Under the pieces are notes generated by a model, which saw nothing but the letters and a program-made list of their open reading frames with translations, was not told the origin of the DNA and ran no database searches. From the IMG/VR virus record IMGVR_UViG_3300038313_000129, positions 1 to 24,302 of that record: a stretch of 24,302 bases of DNA. One strand, 5' to 3'. The stretch is from a virus. Taxonomy: Duplodnaviria; Caudoviricetes. Shown piece by piece: positions 24,046-24,302 of the stretch. The translations under genes and the position numbers were made by a program. Positions within the stretch are counted from its first letter, which is position 1. The number at the start of each line of letters is the position of its first letter.

Positions 24046-24285
24046 TTAAATTACATCTACCAAATAACCCGCATCACTAAACAACCAGCCGTTTATTATC
24101 AACCCGTTAATTATTTCACAATTAGTTGGAATTTCACCTCCATAATCCCAAGGGTTCAGATTATCTTTAATCTCCTCAAGTGCTTTAATTTTGCTATTTT
24201 CAGATAATTCTGAAAATAAGTAAGTATTTTCTGAATTACCGATTAAAGGCAAATCTGTTAAATGTGTCATTTTTGATACATCCAT
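24046..24285 (-). CDS. early hypothetical protein
   Basis: 79 aa, AGGAGGT RBS. Confidence 0.8.
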   Translation of the reverse strand: MDVSKMTHLTDLPLIGNSENTYLFSELSENSKIKALEEIKDNLNPWDYGGEIPTNCEIINGLIINGWLFSDAGYLVDVI

Positions 24286-24302
24286 TTTTTTTAACCTCCT
24301 CT

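Noticed and set aside
1-24302. tRNA or rRNA genes, introns, inteins, stop-codon recoding
   Set aside because: No cloverleaf or T-loop signature seen; core enzymes are uninterrupted and of normal length; TAA, TAG and TGA all end genes normally.

Overview
AT-rich (roughly 30% GC by eye) segment of a large dsDNA phage of a Bacillota/Clostridia-type host, judging by GGAGG ribosome-binding sites and consensus sigma-A promoters. Every credible gene is on the minus strand. Left part (1-17018): an SPbeta-like replication/recombination module (Sak4-like ATPase, SSB, YorH-like Zn protein, DnaB helicase, primase, RecJ) interleaved with RNA-metabolism and likely counter-defence genes (Rnl1-type RNA ligase cut by the window edge, metallophosphoesterase, beta-CASP nuclease, orphan HicB, DNA methyltransferase), plus a ThyX-like protein, a membrane-anchored glucosaminidase and a Xer-like recombinase. 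Right part (18616-24302): an early, host-takeover-like region of small genes (ArdC-N-like, SprT-like, acidic hypotheticals) fed by many strong promoters. Between them is a ~1.6 kb gene-free zone (17019-18615). This zone is the most unusual feature: an AT tract and a G-rich box, then closely packed matches to host regulator motifs (CodY, Fur, sigma-54, several palindromes), promoters with no gene, and ~100-bp periodic elements resembling strong gyrase sites. The same element types recur in the early region, with LexA and Rex-like boxes and a conserved 19-bp TGT-N12-ACA operator. GATC occurs only once in the window by manual scan. All family assignments come from motif recognition by eye, not from database searches.
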